From NCBI RefSeq assembly GCF_001194135.2, contig NC_068990.1, positions 35,431,170-35,493,918 on the forward strand: a stretch of DNA of 62,749 nucleotides, read 5' to 3'. Made by a program: the position numbers and the translations under genes. This DNA is from Octopus bimaculoides (Eukaryota). Shown piece by piece: positions 51,831 through 62,749 of this stretch; position 1 is the first letter of the stretch, and every line of letters starts with the position of its first letter. Under the pieces are notes generated by a model. The model saw nothing but the letters and a program-made list of their open reading frames with translations, did not search any database and was not told where the DNA came from.

Positions 51831-54499
51831 TAAATGGATTTCAATTTTTGGCACAGGACCAGAAAGCTCATTATAATTAAAATAATATACTAATTCAACA
51901 GGAACTCATTATGAAAGATGTATCTGAAGTAGCTTTTTCTTGGTGGGTAATAAACGTAAAAATGTAATGAAATGCGTTTAGTCGTATATTTAAATCACAT
52001 TATGTTCACGTTTTATTCAAAGTTATAAAAGCACAAAAAAAAAATATATAGATTTTAGATATGATCGAAAATTATAACTTTGACTATGAACTACGTCCTC
52101 AACTGAATCGATTACCAATACTATTGAAATGGAGAAATGGCAAATATGGAACCTAGTTTGGCGATTTCAAGTCAACGTTTAGAGAGATGAAGCTGAATGC
52201 TGAAAGACATTTAGGTTGATGATCTCTTTCTGTCTCGCTGTCTGTCGCAATTTCTTGAATCGGTTGTTACTGACGTTTGGTTCCATATCAGCACTGAATC
52301 GAAGAGAAACATGACTAAAGCCTTTTCAACAATGATAACACCATCTTTGCCTCCGACGAAGAGTCAACGATGCACTATCATTCTATTTCTAACGTTAACA
52401 GATTGTGATTTGTGTGTGATTGGGTTGTTGTTTTATGCAAGAAAATTACCAGGTCGCGTTTAATCAACATTCTTACCTCCATTCTAAAATTTTCCTTATG
52501 ATGGAGTAAAATATACAATATTGCATTTTATGCAGCAGTTAAAAAGTGTTCATAATTTCTAGATCGGAAACAGAAATCTGTGTTATTCCGAATAGTTCAG
52601 AAAAGTTCGGGGTCAAGTAGTGCTTTTCTAGGATTGAAACACATTCCATCATCGGTTTCCTTGAAGTTCATCTCTTGCTGAATTCATTTATCAAAAGTCA
52701 TAAATCTTAAATTAAATATGTTTAAGAATTAAGGTTATTTGTATTGATACTTAAATATATTTACTTACTTGTTTAGAAGTTGATGAAATATTCTAAGTGC
52801 GTGATAGGAAATTGTGAATGTAAAGTTCTCTAACGACTTTTGCTGCGATAAAAAAAAAAATCTCAAGAAAAAAAAAATATATGAAAATATAGTTCATTGC
52901 TGTAAGCAACAGATTTCTGTTATAGAAGAATAAATGTGATTTTTCGAGGAATGTTGGGAAGGAGTGAACATTCTCCGCCCAGAACTATGGAAATCTCACG
53001 AACTCTATAGAAATATGCTCATATTAATTTCATTTCATAAAGAAATTATTATATTGGCAATTGAATATTCTTCTAAAAGGTCATTGATTATTGGTACTAG
53101 ATGGATAGGAGACGATGCTAATATATGGAAATGTTAACGTGATTAACGGAAATTTATTAAAATAGGGTGTGTGTATGTGTATGTGTCTATGTGTCTATGT
53201 GTGATTCCATGTATAGGATATGAATTAAATAAAACTAATATATTATCGGTGAAAGTTCAAATCAATGCTCTTATTTTATTCGCCAATTCAAGCATCTACC
53301 TCTGATAGTAATTAAGTTAGCATTTACTAAACAGTTACAAGAAATTTGAAGATACTTCATGTTTGTTTCTTTTCCAAATAAATTATATTTTCTCATCACT
53401 CTGAGTGAGTTTTCTGAATATTTATACAATAATTCTGAAATATTCTAGTTTCCTCACCTCGCAGTCACCGATATGAAAAAAATGTATCTGGGAAATCTTA
53501 AATCAGCTGCAACAATTACAATGGCGGCTTGTCGTTTCCGTTTCATTTATGAAAGCTGTGAATGCATTACAAATGCATTCATTATTAAAGGAAATGAGTT
53601 TTGAAAAGTTGTTCCCATTTTTTTGTCAGCTTCAATGCAATATTTATAACACTTCACAAAAATTTGCTTCCCTGATATGATTAAAATATTATTTGATAGT
53701 TGTTTTGCCTCTGAAGCAGTTTAAATTTCTAATGACACAATAAAAGGTTAGTTAAAATCCTTTGTTGTGTTGAAAACATGCTACATAGAGAAGTGTTTAT
53801 TTTGAATATTTAATAACGACCACAAAATTGGTATAAAAACGAAGATTTTCGAAAACACACTTGTTTTTTTTTTACTTTGTTATGTATCAACGGAAATCTA
53901 AGGAATATTTCGTAAACAACACTTTTAGTGTATAATTAATAACTTACAACAAGTGTTTCTATCTTCATCTGGACTACTAAGAAAGAACACTGATTTAACA
54001 TAATGATCCAACTTCCGTCAAATTTTGTAGTGAATACATCAAATTTATGTTATAGTAATATTCACTGACATAAACAACACGCAATACGTTAACAAATCTA
54101 GAGTTTTATATTTAAATGTAACAGTTATCGCAACCTAGTTTATTCATAGTTAATAGGGTATATAATCTGGGATTGTTCATAAACTATGATATATATATAT
54201 ATATATATATAATATGTATATGTGTGTGTAGTGCACGTGTATATGTAATGGTCGATAAAATACTACCACAAGCCTAGAACAGATAACCATCAAGTAGTGT
54301 TCCGAGAGATCGAATTCTTAATGCTCCAGCTTCTTCAACTACATGAGGTAGTGAAGGACTATAAGACACGACAAGAAGGACGGTCGAAATGGCTGTATAT
54401 CGAAGAAGAATGATGCTACAATAAAAAAACTGTAAGAAGTGTAATTATCAGAAAAATTGCCAGTACAATTTATATGGGGTAAGGAGAACTTTTTCTTGT

Positions 54500-54700
54500 A
54501 GTTACTTCAAATGACCAAAGAATTGCTGTAGTAGGAAGCAGAGTATAAAAATACTTAGCTATTATTAGGTCTCAGACTCGAGGCGAATGCTCGTGAGAGA
54601 ATGGATTCTGAAAAAGACACCGAACGTATAGGCGGGGATTTTAAGCCAAAGGATGTATTAATGTGCATATTAAGCCAGCAGTTGGAATACCGTGAAATTA
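54500..54700 (-). mobile_element. Second 3' LINE fragment, same family as 51550-51830, inverted
   Basis: gtaggaagcagagtataaaaatacttagctattattaggtctcagactcgaggcgaatgct...gaatggattctgaaaaagacaccgaacgtataggcggggattttaagccaaagga matches the reverse complement of about 51585-51720. Confidence 0.55.
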
Positions 54701-54810
54701 CTCATAAGCATAAATACAAGGTTAGTATCAAGCTAGCACTATTCAGAGCTATTCATTTAGATCTAGGCATGATAAATTCACCTCCTGTAGAAGAATTGAT
54801 AGCGTTCCCA

Positions 54811-54953
54811 TATTCTTTTTTACTCTAGGCACAAGGCCCGAAAATTTTTGGGGGCGGGGACCAGTCGATTAGGTCGACTCCATTATGCAACTGGTATTCC
54901 ATTTATCGACCTCTAAACGATGAAAGGCAAAGTCGACCTCGGTAGAATTTGAA
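54811..54953 (-). mobile_element. 5'-truncated family B SINE
   Basis: tactctaggcacaaggcccgaaaat...tcgattaggtcgac...tttatcgacctct...gatgaaaggcaaagtcgacctcgg...atttgaa, colinear with 56670-56805. Confidence 0.88.
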
Positions 54954-55116
54954 AAAAAATAAAAGACGTTTACTCCACTTTTCTCAAGCGGTCACCCATC
55001 TATTGTTCCCATATTGGTCCTTTATACCTAATATGCCACTGCTATAGCAATCATTCATTCATAATTTCAAGCATGCAATTTTTCATATAAATACACTCCA
55101 GTTATTCCTTGTCTGC

Positions 55117-55215
55117 TCTTCTTCTTCTTCTTCTTCTTCTTCTTCTTCTTCTTCTTCTTCTTCTTCTTCTTCTTCTTCTTCTTCTTCTTCTTCTTCTTCT
55201 TCTTCTTCTTCTTCT
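55117..55215. repeat. (TTC)n microsatellite
   Basis: Direct. Confidence 0.97.
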
Positions 55216-56374
55216 CCTTCCCCTTCTTTTTATTCTTCTCCTCCGCCTTCTGTTTTCTTCTCTTTACCTATCACATATGAAGTAAAACTGAAGTGCATCA
55301 GTTTATCCCCTTTCTAACCTAGATGTTTCCCCATATAGCTTTCCCTATGCTAGAAAGTGTTCTCAATCGCACTCTAACCGTGCCCTGTCATCTGAAGTAT
55401 GCAAATAACATATATAACAATAATACTCACCTTAAAAAATTGGATAGTGAAGAGTGGGATTATTTAACTGTCAAGCATTTTTGTAAGTATTTTCAATGCG
55501 TTTTTCACCTGGGTTTCAGCTAGACCATTAACAATTGTAAAAGGAAGCCAAGTTATTTGTAGCCTCTACCTCGGTCCTTTTACTGCACTCAATGTTAATT
55601 TCGAAGTGTTTAGTATTCGTCAATGATACATATAAGCTAGGAAAATATTAAGTCGGTTTTAAATATGTAAATTTGCTTTACGTTGAATTTAATTGTGTTT
55701 GTATCTAATATGTAGCTAATCATCAAGAGACCTCTGATGATTATTGATATACACAGTATCAATTATGAAATTGTTCAAAGTAAAAATTCAGGCCGTTCAA
55801 ACTATGCCTTCTTCAAAGTCATTTTTATTATCATGTAGAGTTCTGACTGCTCTAACTCAAGTTCTGGTTCAGCTTAGATACATCCGAAGAAACTACTAGA
55901 GTTACCTTACTTTGCGTGATTAGTGGTAAAACGCCTAACTTATTTGGCGACGAAGATCATATTTATATCCTGTACGTAAGAGATAATATATAACAGTTTT
56001 ATTTCAAAATATAAAATGGTAGTGTATGAGGTTGAAGCTATTGCACAGTCTGAGCATAGTGTAAATTGCTAATAACATACGTCCAGCATTCTGGTCGTGT
56101 ACTTTCAGAGTGAGATCCAGAGATGTTCAGTATAGAAAACACATTGTAGCGCCAAGAAGATTTCAACTTACACTCTGAAGTTTTTATCGTGGACTAAGAC
56201 CGTAAGGTAAAGAGTGACTATACGGGAGATCCTGGCGAGCTGATATGGAGATAGCAATGTAGTTAAACATGTTTCGGCTTGATATACAAAATAGAAATGC
56301 ATATAGGAACACACACACACACACACACACACACTCTCTCTCTCTCTCTCTCTCTCACTCTCTCTCTCTCTCTC

Positions 56375-56406
<32 letters not shown>

Positions 56407-56661
56407 GCGTGCACACACAAGCAAAGATTGGAAATATTCCAAGGTGAACACTCGTGTATAAGCATACACATATTTATGTATTTTCGGAACAAATGTACGT
56501 GGAGTACAAACACTAGAGAAAACTTAGGTGAAATTCAGGATAATCTATGTCTGGCAGCTCTTTCTGGGGACTCGGAATTATAAAATAGTTGTAATGTGTA
56601 TAATTGGCAGATGGAGTGTACAGAAAGTTAAAGAAGCGCAACCAGTACGGGATGCATGTAA

Positions 56662-56882
56662 ATATTCATTTCTACTCTAGGCACAAGATCCGAAATTTGG
56701 GCGGAGAGGGCCAATCGATTAGATCGACCACATTACGTACCTGGTACTTAATTTATCGACCTCTCGAAAGGATGAAAAGCAAAGTCGACCTCGGAGAAAT
56801 TTGAACTCAGAACGTACAGACAGATGATATACTGCTAAGCATTTCACCCGGTGTACTAACGTTTCTAGCAGCTCACCGCCTT
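56662..56882 (-). mobile_element. Full-length family B SINE with target-site duplication
   Basis: Reverse-complement head aaggcggtgagctgctagaaacgttagtacaccgggtgaaatgcttagc...gagttcaaatttc; flanked by gatgcatgtaa at 56651-56661 and 56883-56893. Confidence 0.93.
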
Positions 56883-57230
56883 GATGCATGTAAGTATTAC
56901 CGTAAGACTTTCGTCCGTCTTCAGGGTGGAAATATTAACAATTAGCTTTAAGATCATAATTTGAGGGAATTTAAGGGCAGAATGGGAGAGGAAGGTAAAT
57001 AGAAGTGGATATAAGGTGGGTGCAGGCAGTTCAGCACGGTGAAAGAAGAGGAAGAGGAAGAAGGTATAGGAGACCAGAGAAGAGGGTGAATGATCAGCGT
57101 ATTGGGTTGAAGTAGAAGTGGTATGTCGAGAGGTAGGTGGGAATTGGTGGAATGAGTGGGGTAGTAAGTGCTATTATGATGGGAGGTATTACGATGGGTG
57201 CAACACAATATAAATATAAATATGTATGTA

Positions 57231-57293
<63 letters not shown>

Positions 57294-60200
57294 CATTATT
57301 CGCAGTAATGTTAGTCTCTACATTATATCTGCACATGTAAAACGAGCTTAATAAATGTTTTAGAAACCGAACTACTGAACAAACTGCTACACTGTCATAC
57401 GATATTCCAGAAATAACAGCCGAAATTACATGAAATACATCAAAAGGTTTTAAATACGAACAAAACCACATTCTGTGTTCAACGTGTTGTTGGGATGGTT
57501 TATATCATTGATTTACTTTCAGCTGGTCGATCCAGAGTCTTAAAAGAAATAGTAAAAATATAACAGCGTTAAAACTAATCATATTTTAACAATGGATATT
57601 AAAATAAAGTAATATAAATTCTTCACTAAATAGTCATTCCAAAGTGAAAAGAATAACCATGTAAAACGCATTAACACATCGACTTTTGAGTAAAGTTTCA
57701 CAAATATATGTTTCATAGAATATTGTTATTTTATGAATGGTATCGAGACATTTTGCCTGTTTTTATATAAAATATCCATTAATAGATTGTTGTTCTACCC
57801 AAAAGTCCGATTTACCATAGCAACATTACTTGTTTGCTTGTAGGAAATGAAGAACTAACAAACTCCAATGTACAATGAATTATTAAATGAAATATATATT
57901 TTATTTACGAGTAATAATTCTGAAATCTTCTGAAGTATTGCAATATATNNNNNNNNNNNNNNNNNNNNNNNNNNNNNNNNNNNNNNNNNNNNNNNNNNNN
58001 NNNNNNNNNNNNNNNNNNNNNNNNNNNNNNNNNNNNNNNNNNNNNNNNNNNNNNNNNNNNNNNNNNNNNNNNNNNNNNNNNNNNNNNNNNNNNNNNNNNN
58101 NNNNNNNNNNNNNNNNNNNNNNNNNNNNNNNNNNNNNNNNNNNNNNNNNNNNNNNNNNNNNNNNNNNNNNNNNNNNNNNNNNNNNNNNNNNNNNNNNNNN
58201 NNNNNNNNNNNNNNNNNNNNNNNNNNNNNNNNNNNNNNNNNNNNNNNNNNNNNNNNNNNNNNNNNNNNNNNNNNNNNNNNNNNNNNNNNNNNNNNNNNNN
58301 NNNNNNNNNNNNNNNNNNNNNNNNNNNNNNNNNNNNNNNNNNNNNNNNNNNNNNNNNNNNNNNNNNNNNNNNNNNNNNNNNNNNNNNNNNNNNNNNNNNN
58401 NNNNNNNNNNNNNNNNNNNNNNNNNNNNNNNNNNNNNNNNNNNNNNNNNNNNNNNNNNNNNNNNNNNNNNNNNNNNNNNNNNNNNNNNNNNNNNNNNNNN
58501 NNNNNNNNNNNNNNNNNNNNNNNNNNNNNNNNNNNNNNNNNNNNNNNNNNNNNNNNNNNNNNNNNNNNNNNNNNNNNNNNNNNNNNNNNNNNNNNNNNNN
58601 NNNNNNNNNNNNNNNNNNNNNNNNNNNNNNNNNNNNNNNNNNNNNNNNNNNNNNNNNNNNNNNNNNNNNNNNNNNNNNNNNNNNNNNNNNNNNNNNNNNN
58701 NNNNNNNNNNNNNNNNNNNNNNNNNNNNNNNNNNNNNNNNNNNNNNNNNNNNNNNNNNNNNNNNNNNNNNNNNNNNNNNNNNNNNNNNNNNNNNNNNNNN
58801 NNNNNNNNNNNNNNNNNNNNNNNNNNNNNNNNNNNNNNNNNNNNNNNNNNNNNNNNNNNNNNNNNNNNNNNNNNNNNNNNNNNNNNNNNNNNNNNNNNNN
58901 NNNNATATATTCATGTGTGTGTATGCGGACGTGTGTGTGTGCGTGTGCATGGATATTTGTGTTTGTATAAATGAGGTATATAAATATATTGTGAATGATA
59001 TAAAATGTATTTATAGAACGAAAACTAAAATCCAGCGTCAATTATTAGAGACTTTCGAAAGAAGATATTCAAGAAGAAATTCATCAAAGATATGATTTTC
59101 CACTTTACACGGGCAAAATCGTATATTTCTCGTAGTCCATATGTACTAGAGAAAAGTTTTGTGCAATTTACATCACAACAGTAAAGTATAACAACCACAA
59201 TGCAGATTTGATTAATGTATATAGATATGACAAGAACATACAGTTCGACTTTGACTGTTAAAAGCGAGTAAATGCGTATATGCTAAGAACATGTAACTAT
59301 GTAAGTCAGGTAAAGAAGTGGTATGCACAATGATGACGCCAACTATTTGCAATGAATTAGAAACTGAATCTGAAGTGAAAAAAGAAGAAAGAAACAAATT
59401 TGTTAGTTATAAGAAGAAAGAAGAAAGAAACAAATTCAATTTCTCAGTTATTATAAGAGCATTTCAAAGGTTAGATGAAATAGAAGGAAGAAAATAAAAT
59501 TGAACTTTCATGCTTACCAAATTCCTTACAGACCAAAATTCTTTGTAACTCTATTTTACATTCAAACTGAAAAGATATGATCACTGAAAACAGCAACAGT
59601 GAGAAATGCCTGCCTCTATATAAACCAAAACATGTCTATTTGTATCACGTCACTATCAATCATGAAATCTTTTGCTTCAAAATTAAAATTAAATTTCAAA
59701 AGAAGGGGTTAGAAATAATTTAATATAATAGCATTAGTTTGCTGCTTTGAAAATGTACGATCAGTCATTAGAAGTGCAGTGCCAAGCTCAGAAATATTTC
59801 TTCATTATTAAACTTCATCAGTAGATTATATTATAATCACAGTCCTAAAATGTCAGGGAACATAGAATTTAGAAGTAGGAACATAATTATGAAGAACTTT
59901 GTAATGATTCATATAAGAGAAATATCTAGAAAATGCTTATCGCTTTTTCTGTGATTTGACAATCTCACTCTCTTGATCCAGTTAACTCGAGACGATGCTG
60001 CTCCGCTAGCGTGATTTAAAAACAACAGAACATATTGTTGTCTGTGCACTTACATTTTATGAAATCAGATTTAACTAGTATTCTATGAAATTAACTATAT
60101 TTTTAAAGTCACGTTTGCTTCTATTTTTTGTTTCCTTTCTTTATCTCTTTATTCAGTCGTTGAATTTCAATTCTTTACATTATTTTCTACCTATTCACCA

Positions 60201-60344
60201 GCTTCAGCCAACAAACTGGCAGTGACGTTTGTGAGTTTTGCACTATTTGTTCCGATTGTCTGTACTCTACGTTCCAATGTCAATGAGGCAATTTTCACTT
60301 TCATCCTTTCATGCCGGACAGAAAAAAAAACCCCAGCTAAAACT

Positions 60345-60420
60345 CGCAGGTAAGGGTGTGTGGTAAGAAACATGCTTCCCAACCACATGGTTCCGAATTC
60401 AATCCCACTGCATGGCACCT
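60345..60420 (+). mobile_element. tRNA-like head of family A SINE only
   Basis: cgcagg...gtgtgtggtaagaaacatgcttcccaaccacatggttccgaattcaatcccactgcatggcacc matches the 16221/36733 heads, then switches to LINE sequence. Confidence 0.88.
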
Positions 60421-60935
60421 GTGCAAGACGAAGATTGGAGACATCAACCACATTATCGCGAACTGTGAGAGAATGTCTTCCGGATATTATCTTCCCATGA
60501 AGAAGTTGATCATATTGAGACCGATGCGGCAAAAGAATAGTGGTGGAACTTAAATGTTAAAACAGCCTGCAAGTTAAAACAAAACTAGGAAGACATTGTT
60601 GTGTAGATCCACAAAGAAAAGAGAAAACACATGGTCCGTAATGGAATTCAGCTGTCCACTGGACAACAATGTGATAAGAAAAATACCAGAGAAAGAGAAC
60701 ATCTATGGACATTTGGTTAGGAGTTTACAAATCTAGCAGGCAAGATACACAATAAGCTTCATACCTATTATTACTGGAGCAACGAGCTCATCTGGAGCAA
60801 CGAGCTCATCTGGAGCAACGAGCTCATCTGGAGCAAAGTATGGTTGAACTTGGGATATTGCAGAGAGAACACAATTAATTAAAATGCTACGAATGATCAC
60901 GATGTATGGGGTTGTAAATTTTGAAACACCTTAAG
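60419..60935 (+). pseudogene. 3' end of an RLE-type non-LTR retrotransposon (R4/Dong-like): CCHC knuckle + restriction-like endonuclease
   Basis: LCKTKIGDINHIIANC (C-x8-H-x4-C; first Cys lost) ERMSSGYYLPM; E*WWNLNVKTA; N*EDIVV (cf. RPDIV); MEFSCPLDNNVIRKIPEKENIYGHLVRSLQI...FIPIITGA; decayed final GVVNFET. Stops and frameshifts. Confidence 0.88.
60774..60836 (+). repeat. Perfect 18-bp minisatellite x3.5 (ctggagcaacgagctcat)
   Basis: Direct; lies inside the RLE relic and keeps the frame (GATSSS repeats). Confidence 0.95.
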
Positions 60936-61215
60936 ATTTAATGGATGACAGTTTAAAAGGGATGCTTTCCTTCACACCCTTGCCACCAGGTAGGTGACCA
61001 GTCAAAATATGCTCTAAATTATAAAGAGAAAAACTGAAACATACATGGCTTGCAGGCGCGCGTGCACTAACTCTCTCTCCACTTCGCCATCACTTTCTCG
61101 CTCGCTCTCAGACCAGCACACACACACAAAAACACACACACACACACATACAAACATATACACGCACAGACTCACATACACATGCTTATTCATGCGTATG
61201 AATGTATGTGCGTAT

Positions 61216-61249
<34 letters not shown>

Positions 61250-61360
61250 AATAGAAAGAAAGAGAGAGAAAGAGGGAGACAGTGTGTATATATGCACGTA
61301 TGCTTGTGTTCGTATGCTAGTACGTGTGATAAGGTAAAAAGCAGTATTGTTTCCAAGAGA

Positions 61361-61732
61361 GTCGGCACTCCGTCCGTTACGACCACGGCGGTTCCATTTG
61401 ATCCGATCAACGGAACAGCCTGCTCATTAAATTAACGTGCAAGTGACTGAGCACTCCACAGACACGTGTACCCTTAACGTAGTTCTCGGAGATATTCAGC
61501 GTGATAAGTTTGGCCCTTTGAATTACATGCACAACTGAAACAGGAAGTAAGAGTGAGAGAAAGTTGTGGTGAAAGAGTAGAGCAGATTTCGCCACCATCC
61601 CCTGCCGGAGCCTCGTGGACAATTAGCTTTTTTCGCTCAATAAACATTCACAACGCCCGGTCTGGGAATCGAAACCACGATCTTATGACCGCGAGTCCGC
61701 TGCCCTAACCACTGGGCCATTGCGCCTCTACA
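61361..61732 (-). mobile_element. Full-length family C tRNA-type SINE with 10-bp target-site duplication
   Basis: Reverse-complement head tgtagaggcgcaatggcccagtggttagggcagcggactcgcggtcataagatcgtggtttcgattccc (A box TGGCCCAGTGG, B box GTTTCGATTCC); TSD ttccaagaga at 61351-61360 and 61733-61742. Confidence 0.94.
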
Positions 61733-62749
61733 TTCCAAGAGAATAATTGATGTTAAAATAACGCCAAAATAGTTGACTAGCGATGAAATTAATGTGGAGT
61801 GATGAAATACACGCATGACCTCAATAAATACGGAGGTCAATGCGAACTAATACAGGGCTTGCATGACGCATTTTAACGTCCAAGCAGTTGAGTGACTACA
61901 ATTTTAAAGAAATACGAGAACAACTATATGAATGTCTTAGAGAGAGAGAGANNNNNNNNNNGAGGGAGGGAGGTGGGAGAGAGAGAGATAGAGAGAGACA
62001 GAGAGAGAGAGAGAGACAGACAGACAGAGAGACAGACAGAGAGTGAGCCTTATGCTGTACGAATAGAATTTTCCGATCACACACTTACATTTCCTTGCTA
62101 GGTATTGTAATTTCTTCATATTTTCGTGCATGCATCTTTTACTTTGTGCACTTAATCTTTAACAGCAAAATTACAAATAAACGGATGATAAATTGTTCCT
62201 GGTGCTATTGATTGTTGTTTTGCAGCTCGGCTTTTCAGTCCAATTCTAGATAAATACAAAATTTTATTTCGTTTTTAAATTTCAGTGCAAGAAATTTTTG
62301 CTGTAAGCATTTTCTTAATACACAATTCCAAATCATATTTGCGTTTTCTTTTTGAAACGTTATTATTCTGAGTACTCTTATAAATATTTTTGGCGGGGAA
62401 CCAGTTTAACTAATCTCATATAATTTTTCTATTTTGAATTTAATACAGTATTTATGACCAGCAATGTGCTTTGTCTTGTATCTACTTTGCATTATAAAAA
62501 TGAAAATAGAAATAGCTCATAAGGTATCGATTTCAAAAAAGCCTTTGTGTTTTTTTTTCCATTGCATGTTGTAAAATATTTAAAAATACACAAAAATGCG
62601 ATAACGAAAGAAATAAAATGCAATGTGTCTTAATTGGAATCCTTCAAATTTCTTAAAATTATTCAGATTACCTAAAGTAATTTTTCTGTATCAAAATAAA
62701 AGTGATACAAAATAAAATACGCATAGCAAGGCCAGGCGAAGGAAAACAA

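Noticed and set aside
52478-52680. Minus-strand acceptor/donor pair (ag|gtaaga)
   Set aside because: All three frames between the sites contain stops.
55440-56260. Possible CR1-like RT remnant
   Set aside because: Only vague motif echoes requiring many frameshifts; no intact diagnostic motif.
59300-59410. Protein-like stretch SGKEVVCTMMTPTICNELETESEVKKEERNKFC
   Set aside because: It is bounded by stops with no usable acceptor/donor pair, and it ends in a short local duplication (aagaagaaagaaacaaatt x2).
60774-60836. Regular short repeats resembling a CRISPR array
   Set aside because: The units are contiguous with no spacers, the context is eukaryotic, and there are no cas genes.
61214-61228. 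(CG)n run with Z-DNA potential (similar at about 41247-41262)
   Set aside because: It is a short transition zone between (TG/CA)n and (GA)n microsatellites, which is common in this kind of genome.
61655-61728. tRNA-like sequence with A and B boxes
   Set aside because: It is the head of a TSD-bounded SINE and continues into the SINE body; I could not fold a convincing cloverleaf, so it is not called a tRNA gene.

Overview
AT-rich, microsatellite-dense eukaryotic genomic DNA from a draft short-read assembly with 12 N-gaps, nearly all bounded by (TA)n or other simple repeats. The SINE families and repeat landscape suggest an octopod cephalopod such as Octopus; this is inferred from memory of those repeats, not from a search. 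I found no host protein-coding gene I can support, and no rRNA, functional tRNA or CRISPR array. The ORF track is mostly microsatellite, N-gap or transposon-relic noise. Supportable content: (1) a near full-length dead piggyBac (44750-47189) with TTAA ends, all three catalytic Asp and a Cys-rich tail; (2) a 5' mariner fragment (24583-25245); (3) a C-terminal Chapaev3/CMC-like transposase relic (2990-3366); (4) an APE+RT LINE relic (32700-34560) and two LINE 3' fragments; (5) an R4/Dong-type CCHC+RLE 3' end fused to a SINE head (60345-60935); (6) about 15 tRNA-type SINE copies from several modular families, three with clear target-site duplications; (7) two copies of an unclassified ORF1/gag-like element with no visible ORF2. 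I did not find a convincing novel biological system. The best leads are the ORF1-like element pair, the SINE-R4 chimera, the in-frame splice acceptor before the piggyBac transposase, and SINE domain shuffling. Family labels A-E are my own working names, and many element boundaries are approximate.
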